Shown: positions 1-9,540 of the stretch, one piece after another | Numbering within the stretch: the stretch's first letter is position 1 | How the letters are laid out: the number at the start of each line of letters is the position of its first letter | Program-made: the position numbers and the translations under genes | IMG/VR virus record: IMGVR_UViG_3300022866_000322 | Location: 157,343-221,342 of that record | DNA: 64,000 bases | Strand: one strand, 5' to 3' | Notes under the pieces: model-generated | Databases searched by the model: none | What the model saw: only the letters and a program-made list of their open reading frames with translations | What the model was told of the DNA's origin: nothing

Positions 1-1004
1 TTTGCTACTGGTGTCAATCCATCAATACACATGTGCTTAGGATCGTGTAACATGTTAAAGTAATGATCATTGAACGTTTGTGTGTTTACCCACTCGCATA
101 GTTCTTCTAAGTAATAAACATTTTGTGCGTTAATGGTCATGCACACTTGTGTGGTAATTTTTCTTATGTTGCGATCACGCAGTTTATGAAAACGTCTTAT
201 GTTGTCTTCTACTTCGTTCCACTTAGCACCGTAGCGTTCGTATTCAAAACGCTTGCCTACGTTGTCGATACTGAATGCAATATCCACACGTTTAAAGTGA
301 CTCCATAACTCATACGCATCTGGCCATTGTGTACCGTTTGTGTTGTAGTGTATGTCAATGTCTTTGGCGTAGCCTTGATCTACTGCATACTGTAGCAATT
401 CAAAGTGTTCTTTGATCATAAATGGCTCACCGCCAGTGAATTCTAGATACTTGATGTTGGGTAGTAGTTCACGTAGGTTGTCCCAGAAGGCTTGTGTCTT
501 TCTTGGCCATTGTCCTTGTTGCAAGAACTTGTATGCCAAGTGGCTCTTTTTGTTCTTCAATTCGGGTATATAATCTATTTCTTCTTGTGCCCATTTACTA
601 CTGCTCCAACTTCCGCATATACGACACTTTAGGTTACAAATGTTCCCCAGCTTTAAATCCACAAACCATAATTGGTCTGGTTTGTCGTTAGCATAGTCTA
701 CTTTGTCAACAAACTCTTTTAGTCGGATCCTACTGTGTATGCGTTTGCTTGCACGGCCTGCGGCTTCTTCTTGCCAACAGCGTGTGCAGGTCTCTGGTTT
801 CTCACCATTTCTAAATTGTTGCCGTAAGTCTTGCATGTACTTGCTGTTGTATATTGTCTGCAAATTGTCTTTGTTTAAGTCATACTTTTCGCCTGACTCA
901 TCTGTTATTTCGTCTATTGCCAAACAGCAAGGTCTTGCGGATCCAATTGGACTAGCTTCTATGCTAATCCAAGGTAGCATGCATATTGTTTTAGGAAGTT
1001 CCAT
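1..1004 (-). CDS. Radical SAM protein with N-terminal twitch-like domain (partial; runs off the window edge)
   Basis: Not in the ORF track. Manual translation from the ATG at 1004 gives MELPKTICMLPWISIEASPIGSARPCCLA...CTRCWQEE...NICNLKCRICGSWSSS...FTGGEPF, open to position 1. It overlaps the upstream gene by 14 nt. Confidence 0.9.
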   Translation of the reverse strand, partial: MELPKTICMLPWISIEASPIGSARPCCLAIDEITDESGEKYDLNKDNLQTIYNSKYMQDLRQQFRNGEKPETCTRCWQEEAAGRASKRIHSRIRLKEFVDKVDYANDKPDQLWFVDLKLGNICNLKCRICGSWSSSKWAQEEIDYIPELKNKKSHLAYKFLQQGQWPRKTQAFWDNLRELLPNIKYLEFTGGEPFMIKEHFELLQYAVDQGYAKDIDIHYNTNGTQWPDAYELWSHFKRVDIAFSIDNVGKRFEYERYGAKWNEVEDNIRRFHKLRDRNIRKITTQVCMTINAQNVYYLEELCEWVNTQTFNDHYFNMLHDPKHMCIDGLTPVA

Positions 1005-2319
1005 TTAGTTCCTTGTACTCAGGGAATGTGTCCCAGAAGTTTTCGTTTCTTATAACATCTAATTTTGCAATTTGTTGCTCAAACTCAGGCCACTGCTTGT
1101 TGTTATCTTGTCCTTGTAATAAACTCAACACACTCTCATAGCCATTAATGGCACGACGTAAACTGTCCTGCGGGTCTAACCATGCAATATGTTCTTTGTA
1201 CTTGGGCGTTATAACATTCTTTTTAAATTCCGTTGTAAATATATCTGGTCTGTACCAGTCTGGTGACTGACATATATTAATATTCCAGTCTTTTGCTTCA
1301 ATTAGCCCTAACTCTACCCACTCTTTGTGAAAGTCTGGCACGTGTAGCACGTTCATTGCACTCACGGTTGCGCTTACATAAAAGTCCACATGCGGTACTT
1401 CTTTTAACATGCGTTGTCTGTTCTCAACTGTTTGTTTCCAATCTGTGCCTTTGCGCATAAGCTCTGCTCTAGCACCACTAGCATCTAAACTGGCGCCAAC
1501 ACTAACATTCGTAAAATGTTGCCAGTAATCGAATACATGTTTGTTTTTATAACGCATTTCGCTAAAGTTTGTATTGTACTGTATTCGCACATCTGTCTTA
1601 CCGTACTCTATTAGTTTGTCTAATAGATAATAATGTTCTTTCATTATAAGTGGTTCGCCACCTGCAAAATACACCTGCTCTAAATGTGGAATATGCTGTT
1701 CCATTTGTTCCAACATACTGTCTTCGTTGCCCGCAGTATACTCTACTCGTGCCATGTCCCTACCCAGTACATCTGGCTTACGATTATACAGTTTTACATG
1801 GTCATTATACCAATTACTGCTAAAGATAGGACCACAACTTCTACAGCTAAAGTTACACAGGTTACTGAACCTAACGTCCCAGTAGCGTATTTTAAAATCA
1901 TCTACAGAACCATCTGCATTAGTCTGCTCTGCTTCTGCTATGTGATGACCGTAGTTTCTGTTTGAATCGTTGCGCATACTAAATGCACCGTGTTGTTCTT
2001 GCTCGTAACACTTGGTACATTCTTTACACTCTTTACCTGCAAGCATATTTGTACGCATTGTTTTGTAATCGTCTTGATTCCATACCTCTTCCATAGTATG
2101 CTTGCGTAAGTCACCTACAGGATGCCAATAATCACTTAGACAACAAGGATATGCTCTGCCATCTGGAAATGCATGCATGTGCATCCAGGGCAACATGCAA
2201 AACGTTTTGCTGTCCATTAACAAGTCTGTTTGTTTCTCAGTCAAGTCTTCTAGTTCTGCAAAGTACGGCTTGCGACTCATGTAGTCGTAGCCTTTGTTGT
2301 AAAATTTTTTAGAGTCCAT
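991..2319 (-). CDS. Radical SAM protein, N-terminal twitch type
   Basis: FCMLPW..PCC..CTKC N-terminal Cys domain; NLCNFSCRSC (CxxxCxxC); FAGGEPL. Confidence 0.92.
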   Translation of the reverse strand: MDSKKFYNKGYDYMSRKPYFAELEDLTEKQTDLLMDSKTFCMLPWMHMHAFPDGRAYPCCLSDYWHPVGDLRKHTMEEVWNQDDYKTMRTNMLAGKECKECTKCYEQEQHGAFSMRNDSNRNYGHHIAEAEQTNADGSVDDFKIRYWDVRFSNLCNFSCRSCGPIFSSNWYNDHVKLYNRKPDVLGRDMARVEYTAGNEDSMLEQMEQHIPHLEQVYFAGGEPLIMKEHYYLLDKLIEYGKTDVRIQYNTNFSEMRYKNKHVFDYWQHFTNVSVGASLDASGARAELMRKGTDWKQTVENRQRMLKEVPHVDFYVSATVSAMNVLHVPDFHKEWVELGLIEAKDWNINICQSPDWYRPDIFTTEFKKNVITPKYKEHIAWLDPQDSLRRAINGYESVLSLLQGQDNNKQWPEFEQQIAKLDVIRNENFWDTFPEYKELNGTS

Positions 2320-3652
2320 TGTACCAATCTGCTAGTTCTGGAAAAGTCTCTGTCAAGTTCTTTCCTCTGCGTTTGTCATACTGTTCGTGAAACTGTTTAA
2401 AGTCGTTGTGTAGTTTGGGCATGTCGAATGTGTCTGAATGTGGTGTTTCTACTACATCCAAGTAATCAATTAATCGTATGATGTGGTTAATCTCATGTTC
2501 ATGCAACAACTGCCCAATTGGTCGTGCCGTTTGATAATCCAACCATGTGCGTAAACGTTCTTTGTGTTTAATTCTAATTTCTTCAGGGAACACCAACGGA
2601 CTTTGGAAACTAGGGAAGCGTAAGATATTAAGTGTAAAACTTACAGCATGTTTACCGTGTTTTGATTTCCATCCAACTAATAAATCTAAAAAGGCAGTCA
2701 GACTTTCCAAACACAATGCATTAATTGTACACATTACATGTAACCCACGCAATTTATTTCTATGTACTTTTAGTACTTTGTTTATGTTATCACACCACAG
2801 TTCCCATTCCAGGCCGTCACGTATATACTCTGCTTGTTTATCCCAACTTTCGTTGCTAGTATATAGGTCTATAGGTTGGTCTACACTGTCGAACAATCTA
2901 TCTACATCTATATCCTTACCTAAGTTACTGTTAATCGCCAAGCGTGTTTTACTCTTGCCTTTGTTTTGTTTAAACCAGTCTATAAGTTTCCAGGTGTAGC
3001 CACTCATTAGTGGTTCGCCACCTGTAATGCGTAGTTCGTCTAGCGTTCGGTGTAGGTCTGATTCCCACCACTTGAAGAACGCCTCAACATAAGGATTTTC
3101 CTCGCCGAATTTGTACAACTGCGCACTGTCATGAGCATGGGTAAAATGATTACGCCCGTCAGAAACAAGCCCAGTATAACTTCCGTTTGATTTGATATCC
3201 TTAACCCATGTACTACTAAAAGCAGGGTTGCAATAACTGCAAGCAAATTGACAAGTCCTATCGAAACTGATTTCCAAAGTTCGTAAGTCCACGTCTCCTG
3301 TTGCATCTGATTGATATGCATCGTCTAATTCCTTTATAGTATATATTTTACTTTTATACACACGGTCAGAAATGTTATCACGTTTGATATCTTCAATCTT
3401 CCAGCAGTACTCACAACCTGGCGGACGTTCTCCTGCCTGCATCTGCGCCCTGTCTTGCTTCTTTTCGGGCGTGTTGTGTATTGCTTTGGGATTACGCTTA
3501 ACTTCTTCAATATCAACTTTGTGTGCTGGTGGATGATGACAACTGGTACTCATGCCACTACCAAGCCATATAGTAGCGTTATACCATTTTGCTCCACAAA
3601 AGCTCGCTGACTTTGTGTCTAATATTTGTTGTTTAAATTCTAAATCATTCAT
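2309..3652 (-). CDS. Radical SAM protein, N-terminal twitch type
   Basis: FCGAKW..SCHHP..CEYC; RTCQFACSYC; TGGEPL. Confidence 0.92.
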   Translation of the reverse strand: MNDLEFKQQILDTKSASFCGAKWYNATIWLGSGMSTSCHHPPAHKVDIEEVKRNPKAIHNTPEKKQDRAQMQAGERPPGCEYCWKIEDIKRDNISDRVYKSKIYTIKELDDAYQSDATGDVDLRTLEISFDRTCQFACSYCNPAFSSTWVKDIKSNGSYTGLVSDGRNHFTHAHDSAQLYKFGEENPYVEAFFKWWESDLHRTLDELRITGGEPLMSGYTWKLIDWFKQNKGKSKTRLAINSNLGKDIDVDRLFDSVDQPIDLYTSNESWDKQAEYIRDGLEWELWCDNINKVLKVHRNKLRGLHVMCTINALCLESLTAFLDLLVGWKSKHGKHAVSFTLNILRFPSFQSPLVFPEEIRIKHKERLRTWLDYQTARPIGQLLHEHEINHIIRLIDYLDVVETPHSDTFDMPKLHNDFKQFHEQYDKRRGKNLTETFPELADWYNGL

Positions 3653-4911
3653 TTTAAATTATATTTTCCAAATTCGGCAACTAGCCAAGGAAAGGTTTTC
3701 CTCCAATTTATGTTTCTTCTCAAATCAATATCATTTAAAAAGTGAAACAAACTTGTTATTTCCTTGACATTCGGTTCTTTGCTGTTGCTTTGCTTTCTTA
3801 ATCCATCTAAGTAGTCTTTACTAAGCTGTTCTTCCTCTGTGTCAACAGGCTTTAATGCCAATGCCTTTTGAAAGTCTTCTTCGAATATGTTTCCGAATAT
3901 GTCTATTCTTTGATTAGTAGGATCATTTACAGAGTTTTGATACAAGTAAATCTTTCTAACCTTAGACCATTCCCTAACTTTTTCAAGTAATATAGGATAA
4001 GTTTTTATAGTCATTGGAGTAAGTGTTGAGTTAATAACTAAGTTAATATACTTCTTAGACAATATGTACAAAAAGTTTTCTTCCCATTGTTTTAAATCTA
4101 ACGGAAATCTAACATACTCGGCTTCCGGCCCCCAATTGTCCAAACTTGCTGTAACTTGAAACCCACCTATTTTTCTTTTTGCTATTAATTTCTCTACTTT
4201 ACTTATAATTTCAACTAATCTATCTTTCTTAACACTAAGATTGGTAAAAATTTGTAGTGTAAGTTTCGGACTGGGGTATTGATCAAATATATCCAAACAT
4301 TCTATAAATTCTTTTTGAAATAAAGGTTCTCCACCTAAAAAGTTAAACTGGCTTAAATTATGCCCTTCGTTCTTTAACCAATCGTATACCTTTTGCTTGT
4401 TGGCATCGAAGCTATTTGCATTCTTAAAAATTACGCCATGTCTCGAATAACTCCACTTTTGACTTGTGTATTGCCCGACATGCTTGAAGTTTTCTTCTGC
4501 CCACATAGAGCTGAAAAGTTCTGAACAGTATAGACATTTTTGATTACACAAGTTGCTGAAATAAACTTCCAACACTGTAGGTGTCACACTGGTTGCTATC
4601 GGATTGTCCTTGAGTTCAGGGGGAGTTGGGACGCCGGGCATTGCCAGATTTGTTGTTCTATCGCTCTCGCCTCCTGCTTGTTCTATGTCTCTGCAGTATT
4701 CGCATCCTTGGCCAGGCCACTTGCCTTCTAGCATCATTTCCCTTGATTTAACTTTCTCTTCTGTATTATGAAAATCAAATGTATCTAAATCAAATTCATG
4801 TCGGTTGCAACGATGACAACTTGCTGTTTCGCCTAAACTGAGATATATGGTGCTCCATCCCCATTTCAGACGGCAAGCAGTTTCTGTTTTTATAGGAAAT
4901 ATTTTATTCAT
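3649..4911 (-). CDS. Radical SAM protein, N-terminal twitch type
   Basis: ACRLKW..SCHRC..CEYC; NLCNQKCLYC; LGGEPL. Confidence 0.9.
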   Translation of the reverse strand: MNKIFPIKTETACRLKWGWSTIYLSLGETASCHRCNRHEFDLDTFDFHNTEEKVKSREMMLEGKWPGQGCEYCRDIEQAGGESDRTTNLAMPGVPTPPELKDNPIATSVTPTVLEVYFSNLCNQKCLYCSELFSSMWAEENFKHVGQYTSQKWSYSRHGVIFKNANSFDANKQKVYDWLKNEGHNLSQFNFLGGEPLFQKEFIECLDIFDQYPSPKLTLQIFTNLSVKKDRLVEIISKVEKLIAKRKIGGFQVTASLDNWGPEAEYVRFPLDLKQWEENFLYILSKKYINLVINSTLTPMTIKTYPILLEKVREWSKVRKIYLYQNSVNDPTNQRIDIFGNIFEEDFQKALALKPVDTEEEQLSKDYLDGLRKQSNSKEPNVKEITSLFHFLNDIDLRRNINWRKTFPWLVAEFGKYNLK

Positions 4912-6289
4912 TGTGTGCGTGGTACCTGCATTCTTCCCAAAACTCTTTCATTTGTGGGAACGTTGCTAAAAAGTTAGTCTTACTACGTTTGTCTTGCTCG
5001 TTAAAAAATCTATAAAAGTCTGCACGTTGCATTATAACATACTCTGGTGTTAATTTGCTACCTTCGCGCATCCAATCTAGAACTCTGTGCATACGTGCTA
5101 TTTCATAATCTTTAAATCCAACATACATGTTTTCTTCTGTTTCGCGATGTAATTCCATCCACTCTATAATGCCCGCTAACCTGTCTGCATACACAGGCGG
5201 GAGTATCTGCAAACTTTGCCAAGTTGGCTGGCGCAGTATGGGAGTGTCAAACCAAACACGTTGGTATGTATGACTCTGAGTTGCTCGTAAACGCAATATT
5301 TCTTGCAATAGATCCTGTAAACCTAATATGTTTAGATTATTCATTGTTATAATAAACGTTAAACTATTTCGGTACGGAATCTGAGTAAGGAAACTGTCAC
5401 ACCGCTTTATAATCTTCTGATAGTCTGCACCGTATCTGATATAATGTGCATGTTCTGCTATGCCAGTATCAATACTAACATACTGCATAAAGTGTTCTAT
5501 GTTGCTGTTACATAGTTTTTCTACATAATTTAAGTATTGGATCCACAACTTTTCATCTACACTAAAGTTACTGGTAACATCTATGTGCAGATCAGGCTTG
5601 GGAAACGCCAACACATAATCAAACACTTTGAATGTGTTACGATCCATAAGTGGTTCGCCGCCAGTCATCCTAAAGTGTTTTAGTTTAGGATACAGTTCGG
5701 GCCACCATTTCCAAAATGCTTCCACATACGGATTCTCTTCGCGAGCAGGGATAGGTCTACGTCTGCCTGCAAAGTGTTCCGGGGCATTGTGTGGTTTGCT
5801 GGTTGGGTATGCGCCAAATCTTTTTATTTCGTCAGCCCAAGTACTGCTAAACTGAGGGCTACAGTAACTACACTTAAGATTACAAGCGTTGTTAAAATTG
5901 ACTTCCACATAACTCGGTATTTCATCTTCATCGCCAGTGCTCTCCATTATACGGTCAAAGTGTTCTGCGGCCCAAGGCTCGCCTGAGCGATAATGTCTAT
6001 CACTAAGGTTACCCATGTCTTCTTGTGTCCAACAATAACTACATTCGTTTGGACGTTCCTGCTTGATCATTATTTTGCGTTGTTCTTTTTTGTGCTTGGT
6101 ATTGTGCAGTGCGCTAGGATTATCTTTTAGTTCAGCGGCATCTATTTGGTGCAGTGGCGGATGATAACAACTGTTGTTCAACCCTGTAGGCAAGTGCAGA
6201 CTTACCTGTTGCCATTTGGCAAGGCACATTCCGTTTCCAAGTTTGTCACGCATCTGTTCTGCGCTATTCATAAAAACTGATTTAGCCAT
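4904..6289 (-). CDS. Radical SAM protein, N-terminal twitch type
   Basis: MCLAKW..SCYHP..CSYC; NACNLKCSYC; TGGEPL. Confidence 0.92.
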   Translation of the reverse strand: MAKSVFMNSAEQMRDKLGNGMCLAKWQQVSLHLPTGLNNSCYHPPLHQIDAAELKDNPSALHNTKHKKEQRKIMIKQERPNECSYCWTQEDMGNLSDRHYRSGEPWAAEHFDRIMESTGDEDEIPSYVEVNFNNACNLKCSYCSPQFSSTWADEIKRFGAYPTSKPHNAPEHFAGRRRPIPAREENPYVEAFWKWWPELYPKLKHFRMTGGEPLMDRNTFKVFDYVLAFPKPDLHIDVTSNFSVDEKLWIQYLNYVEKLCNSNIEHFMQYVSIDTGIAEHAHYIRYGADYQKIIKRCDSFLTQIPYRNSLTFIITMNNLNILGLQDLLQEILRLRATQSHTYQRVWFDTPILRQPTWQSLQILPPVYADRLAGIIEWMELHRETEENMYVGFKDYEIARMHRVLDWMREGSKLTPEYVIMQRADFYRFFNEQDKRSKTNFLATFPQMKEFWEECRYHAHNE

Positions 6290-7245
6290 TACCAGCCTTC
6301 CTGTTTCCTAATAACACTTATCTCTGTGGTCATTACCTCAGCATTGCGTAGTGTAGCACCATAATGATGTTTGAAAAACTTGCTCTGTTGTGCATCTAGT
6401 GTAACAATAGGTAAACCTAGCCGTTTTGTGAGTGCTGTTTCTAAATTTGCGTTATGCTCCATTGGGTCGTTGTCTTTAACTGACTCCCATAACTTTTCTA
6501 ATTCAGCAAAGTCTTGTACACGCTTGTAAGGCCAGTCTTCTAACATGGTCATGTAAGTACCAAGTCGTGCGCCATACATTGCCCACACACCATTCTCAAC
6601 ATCCATGCCTACACTTTGCCAAATACACAAATGATCATAGTTGCGATTGTTTACTTTCTTTTCAAACTCTACCAGTGTTGGCTTTGCACCACGATCCAAA
6701 CACATCTTTACACCTTCTCTAAATCCTGCTCGCCATGCTTGCTTGGGTGTGCCGTTTGGGTATGTTGTACTGTAGCAGTTGTGCATTGCTATGTACTTGG
6801 GATCAAAACAAAACTCCACTGCTGTGTCGTCACTGCCATCACTGGCTTCGTGTGTTTGCATGTTGTTAACAAATGTACGTGACCAAACACTTAGTCCGCC
6901 GTTGCCGTAACGTAGTCCATTGATCGTGTTCTTAGCTTTCCAACGGAATGCGCCACCTTCGAACGCAGGTTCTATTTCCAACTGTAGGTTAAAGAAGTCA
7001 GGATCAGGTAAGTTATCACCATCGATCAGCACAAACCATTCTGTGTTGCTCAGAGCGGCTGCGGCTTTGTGTGCGGCATCTGACCCTTCTACTCCGTCAA
7101 CACGATCCGCCCAAGGTACCATGTTCTGTATTTGTATCCAGAACTCTTCCTTCTTTGGTTCGTCATAACTTAGATAGATGCAATCCAAGTCTGCTATGTC
7201 AATAATCTGTGTATCCATAATATTCTGTGTTGTTGTGGGTTTCAT
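6289..7245 (-). CDS. Glycosyltransferase-like protein (GT-A fold)
   Basis: N-terminal CIYLSYDE strand, AHKAAA helix and FVLIDGDN (DxD) motif, a typical GT-A nucleotide-sugar-binding pattern. The real start may be slightly downstream (MDTQII). Confidence 0.65.
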   Translation of the reverse strand: MKPTTTQNIMDTQIIDIADLDCIYLSYDEPKKEEFWIQIQNMVPWADRVDGVEGSDAAHKAAAALSNTEWFVLIDGDNLPDPDFFNLQLEIEPAFEGGAFRWKAKNTINGLRYGNGGLSVWSRTFVNNMQTHEASDGSDDTAVEFCFDPKYIAMHNCYSTTYPNGTPKQAWRAGFREGVKMCLDRGAKPTLVEFEKKVNNRNYDHLCIWQSVGMDVENGVWAMYGARLGTYMTMLEDWPYKRVQDFAELEKLWESVKDNDPMEHNANLETALTKRLGLPIVTLDAQQSKFFKHHYGATLRNAEVMTTEISVIRKQEGW

Positions 7246-7567
7246 CTTGCTCTAACAATAAGCCTGCGTGGTTCTTTACTACTTGAAAATCACCTTCACC
7301 GTGTACCAATTGTCTTTTATATCCTGGGTTGAACACTTTTACTTTTAGTTCACCATCTTTTACTCGTGCGTACTTGTGCATGTTTTCGTATTCGTCTTGT
7401 TCGACAACAATATAATCACCTTCAAGGTGCGGCTCAGTCATTGACTGGCCTACAATCTCTCCATTGAGATCATGGTATACTCTGTACTCCTTTACTATTT
7501 CTTTAGGAGTACCAACCAGTGCATTAACTTCTGCTAAAAACTTTTCAAGCTCGTTCATACTGTTCAA
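7199..7567 (-). CDS. Hypothetical protein within the glycosyltransferase cluster
   Basis: 122-aa ORF coupled to neighbours on both sides; no recognisable motif. Confidence 0.7.
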   Translation of the reverse strand: MNSMNELEKFLAEVNALVGTPKEIVKEYRVYHDLNGEIVGQSMTEPHLEGDYIVVEQDEYENMHKYARVKDGELKVKVFNPGYKRQLVHGEGDFQVVKNHAGLLLEQDETHNNTEYYGYTDY

Positions 7568-8402
7568 TAAGTTCTGCTGTGCACCATTCTTTTACATGAT
7601 AGTGTACAGGGTTAAGTTGATTAATGTTGTTGATCCTGATTACTGGTGGGTCTGTTTCACACATAACTGTGTCTGTCCATTTACTTGACCCTGCCCATCC
7701 TTGTATGTGTGGTTTCATATGAACAAAGTTGAAGTAATCTAAACTGGGCATTGTGCAATTTTCAACGCCATACATCTTAGCGGCAAGTGCGTATATAACA
7801 TCAGTGCTAGGACGTTCTTCCCTGCAGTTTATCAACACGTTATCTCTAATATGATTATAGTGTTTATACAAAGTGCGAGCAAGTTGGAAAAATTCAGTTG
7901 CCTCACGTGTAAATCTAAAATACATCATACCATTATAGATGTTTGGCAAGTCGTTGTCAACCCAGAACTTTCTGTATCCAGTGTCAACAACCACTTGATC
8001 CTGAAGATTCCTGCAATGCGTTGCAAGCACAACAGGTTTCAGTCTAAGTGCGTCCCACCAGTGATCCACATTGCGTGTGAACAACAAATCCGCTTCTACC
8101 TTAATTGTTTCTTTAAAAGGTGAACATGAAAATAGGTCTGGTTCACGTTCCATAGGCCAGTCAGTCGCATTTACAGTTCTAACATAATCAAACACCAGGC
8201 TCTGCTTGTCTGTAATCAACTCTTGTGTAGTTGGGTCCACTGCTACACAATATCGTGCATCGGGCATTACTAACTTTATACTAAGTGCTTGCAAGTATGC
8301 CATTTTCAAATAGTCTGCACCAATTGCCAGGGTCATGAACCCTTGCTGTTCTTTGTGATCAAACATCAAGTATTTCCTCAACAAACTCTTCAAACGCATC
8401 AC
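7545..8402 (-). CDS. Glycosyltransferase-like protein (GT-A, GT8-like)
   Basis: YLKMAYLQALSIK N-terminal helix; SPFKETIKVEADLLF (ExD variant); YNGMMYF; TDVIYALA; late HMK and HYH motifs. Confidence 0.65.
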   Translation of the reverse strand: MMRLKSLLRKYLMFDHKEQQGFMTLAIGADYLKMAYLQALSIKLVMPDARYCVAVDPTTQELITDKQSLVFDYVRTVNATDWPMEREPDLFSCSPFKETIKVEADLLFTRNVDHWWDALRLKPVVLATHCRNLQDQVVVDTGYRKFWVDNDLPNIYNGMMYFRFTREATEFFQLARTLYKHYNHIRDNVLINCREERPSTDVIYALAAKMYGVENCTMPSLDYFNFVHMKPHIQGWAGSSKWTDTVMCETDPPVIRINNINQLNPVHYHVKEWCTAELIEQYERA

Positions 8403-9204
8403 TGACTAAAAAGTTCTTGTCCATAATATGTACATTGTGCTTTGGTATGGTGATTGCTAAATCTTTGAGTCGCACAATAATCTTGTCTTTTAAATTTGTG
8501 TCCATGCGCACAACTTCTTGCACCACAGTAAACATCTTCCACGGAATAATGTTCTTAGACGTGGAACAATATCCATTTAGTATTGTGTTAGCCATAGCAA
8601 ACGAATAATCATTGCGATAACTTGTACCGTCTACCATAAACAGGTTTCTGTAATAAGCCCAGTTGCGCTGTATACGTCCTATTAGATTAAAGAACAGCTC
8701 ACTGCGTGGGCATTTTCTAAACATTACCACAGTAGCCCACAAGTAAGGCAAACTTACTTGCCCCATACGTGCTGGCATGGTTTCTGCACTACTGTTGCTG
8801 TGTTCCATAACACGATAATCATAGTCCAGTTCCATTAACTTTAATAAACCGTCGTCTAACACCAAGTAGTCTGTGTCTATCAGCAGTGTGTTATCGTATG
8901 GACTATGTTCGTATGCAGTATAACGACCGTGATTCTTCCACTGCTTTACTTCTTTAGATATATGGTCGTTTCTAAAGTTGTTGCCTGTGTAGTTGACACG
9001 CACAACATTGTCATAATTATGCTTGGGCTGTGACTCTGTGTCAGTTACTAGCGTGATAGGCAAGTTGAGATGTTGTTCTACTAACCGTGCAGAAAGGTCT
9101 GCGATACGAACATAGTCAACATCAACAGTGTTATGAGCAAAAAATACTACACCTTTAGACTCTGCGGAGTCGTCTGAGTTCATTATATTGTTGATGCCAG
9201 TCAT
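8359..9204 (-). CDS. Glycosyltransferase-like protein (GT-A, GT8-like)
   Basis: SPYDNTLLIDTDYLV (DxD); WATVVMF; RNDYSFAMA; late HIMDK. Paralogous to 7545-8402. Confidence 0.7.
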   Translation of the reverse strand: MTGINNIMNSDDSAESKGVVFFAHNTVDVDYVRIADLSARLVEQHLNLPITLVTDTESQPKHNYDNVVRVNYTGNNFRNDHISKEVKQWKNHGRYTAYEHSPYDNTLLIDTDYLVLDDGLLKLMELDYDYRVMEHSNSSAETMPARMGQVSLPYLWATVVMFRKCPRSELFFNLIGRIQRNWAYYRNLFMVDGTSYRNDYSFAMANTILNGYCSTSKNIIPWKMFTVVQEVVRMDTNLKDKIIVRLKDLAITIPKHNVHIMDKNFLVSDAFEEFVEEILDV

Positions 9205-9469
9205 TCATTACCGCTTGATATCGTTGTTGAGCTAATTCTAAGAATTCTGTTCTGTCTACTTTGATTGGATTCTCATATGTGTCTTCTAAATACAGTTCGT
9301 CACTGTTCCACGTTGCCACGAATGATATCAGGTCAGGCGTGATCTTAAACAACCCATTACCGTATGTCATGTGCAACTCTGTTTGAATGTGTTCTCTTAG
9401 TGTGCGTCTGTTGGCTTGATAGTCCGTGGCCTGCTTGATTTCTGCAACTATGTTGTCTAATTCTGTCAT
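9155..9469 (-). CDS. Small protein resembling DUF4376 tail-fibre-associated proteins
   Basis: YGNGLFKIT...LEDTYENPIKVDRTEF pattern recalled from DUF4376-type proteins; located next to fibre genes. Confidence 0.45.
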   Translation of the reverse strand: MTELDNIVAEIKQATDYQANRRTLREHIQTELHMTYGNGLFKITPDLISFVATWNSDELYLEDTYENPIKVDRTEFLELAQQRYQAVMNDWHQQYNELRRLRRV

Positions 9470-9479
9470 GGTATTATAT

Positions 9480-9519
9480 AAAAAGAATGGATAAGCATAT
9501 TATACTGCCTATCCATTCT
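9480..9519 (-). terminator. Intrinsic terminator of the tail-fibre operon
   Basis: Minus strand AGAATGGATAGGCA-GTATAATA-TGCTTATCCATTCT followed by a short T run, just after the stop at 9541. Confidence 0.7.
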
Positions 9520-9527
9520 GTTGTCAA
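9499..9527 (-). promoter_or_regulatory. Perfect-consensus sigma70 promoter driving the GT/radical SAM cassette
   Basis: The minus strand reads TTGACA (9527-9522), a 17-bp spacer, then TATAAT (9504-9499), about 30 nt upstream of the ATG at 9469. Confidence 0.9.
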
Positions 9528-9540
9528 CTACAATTAACTA

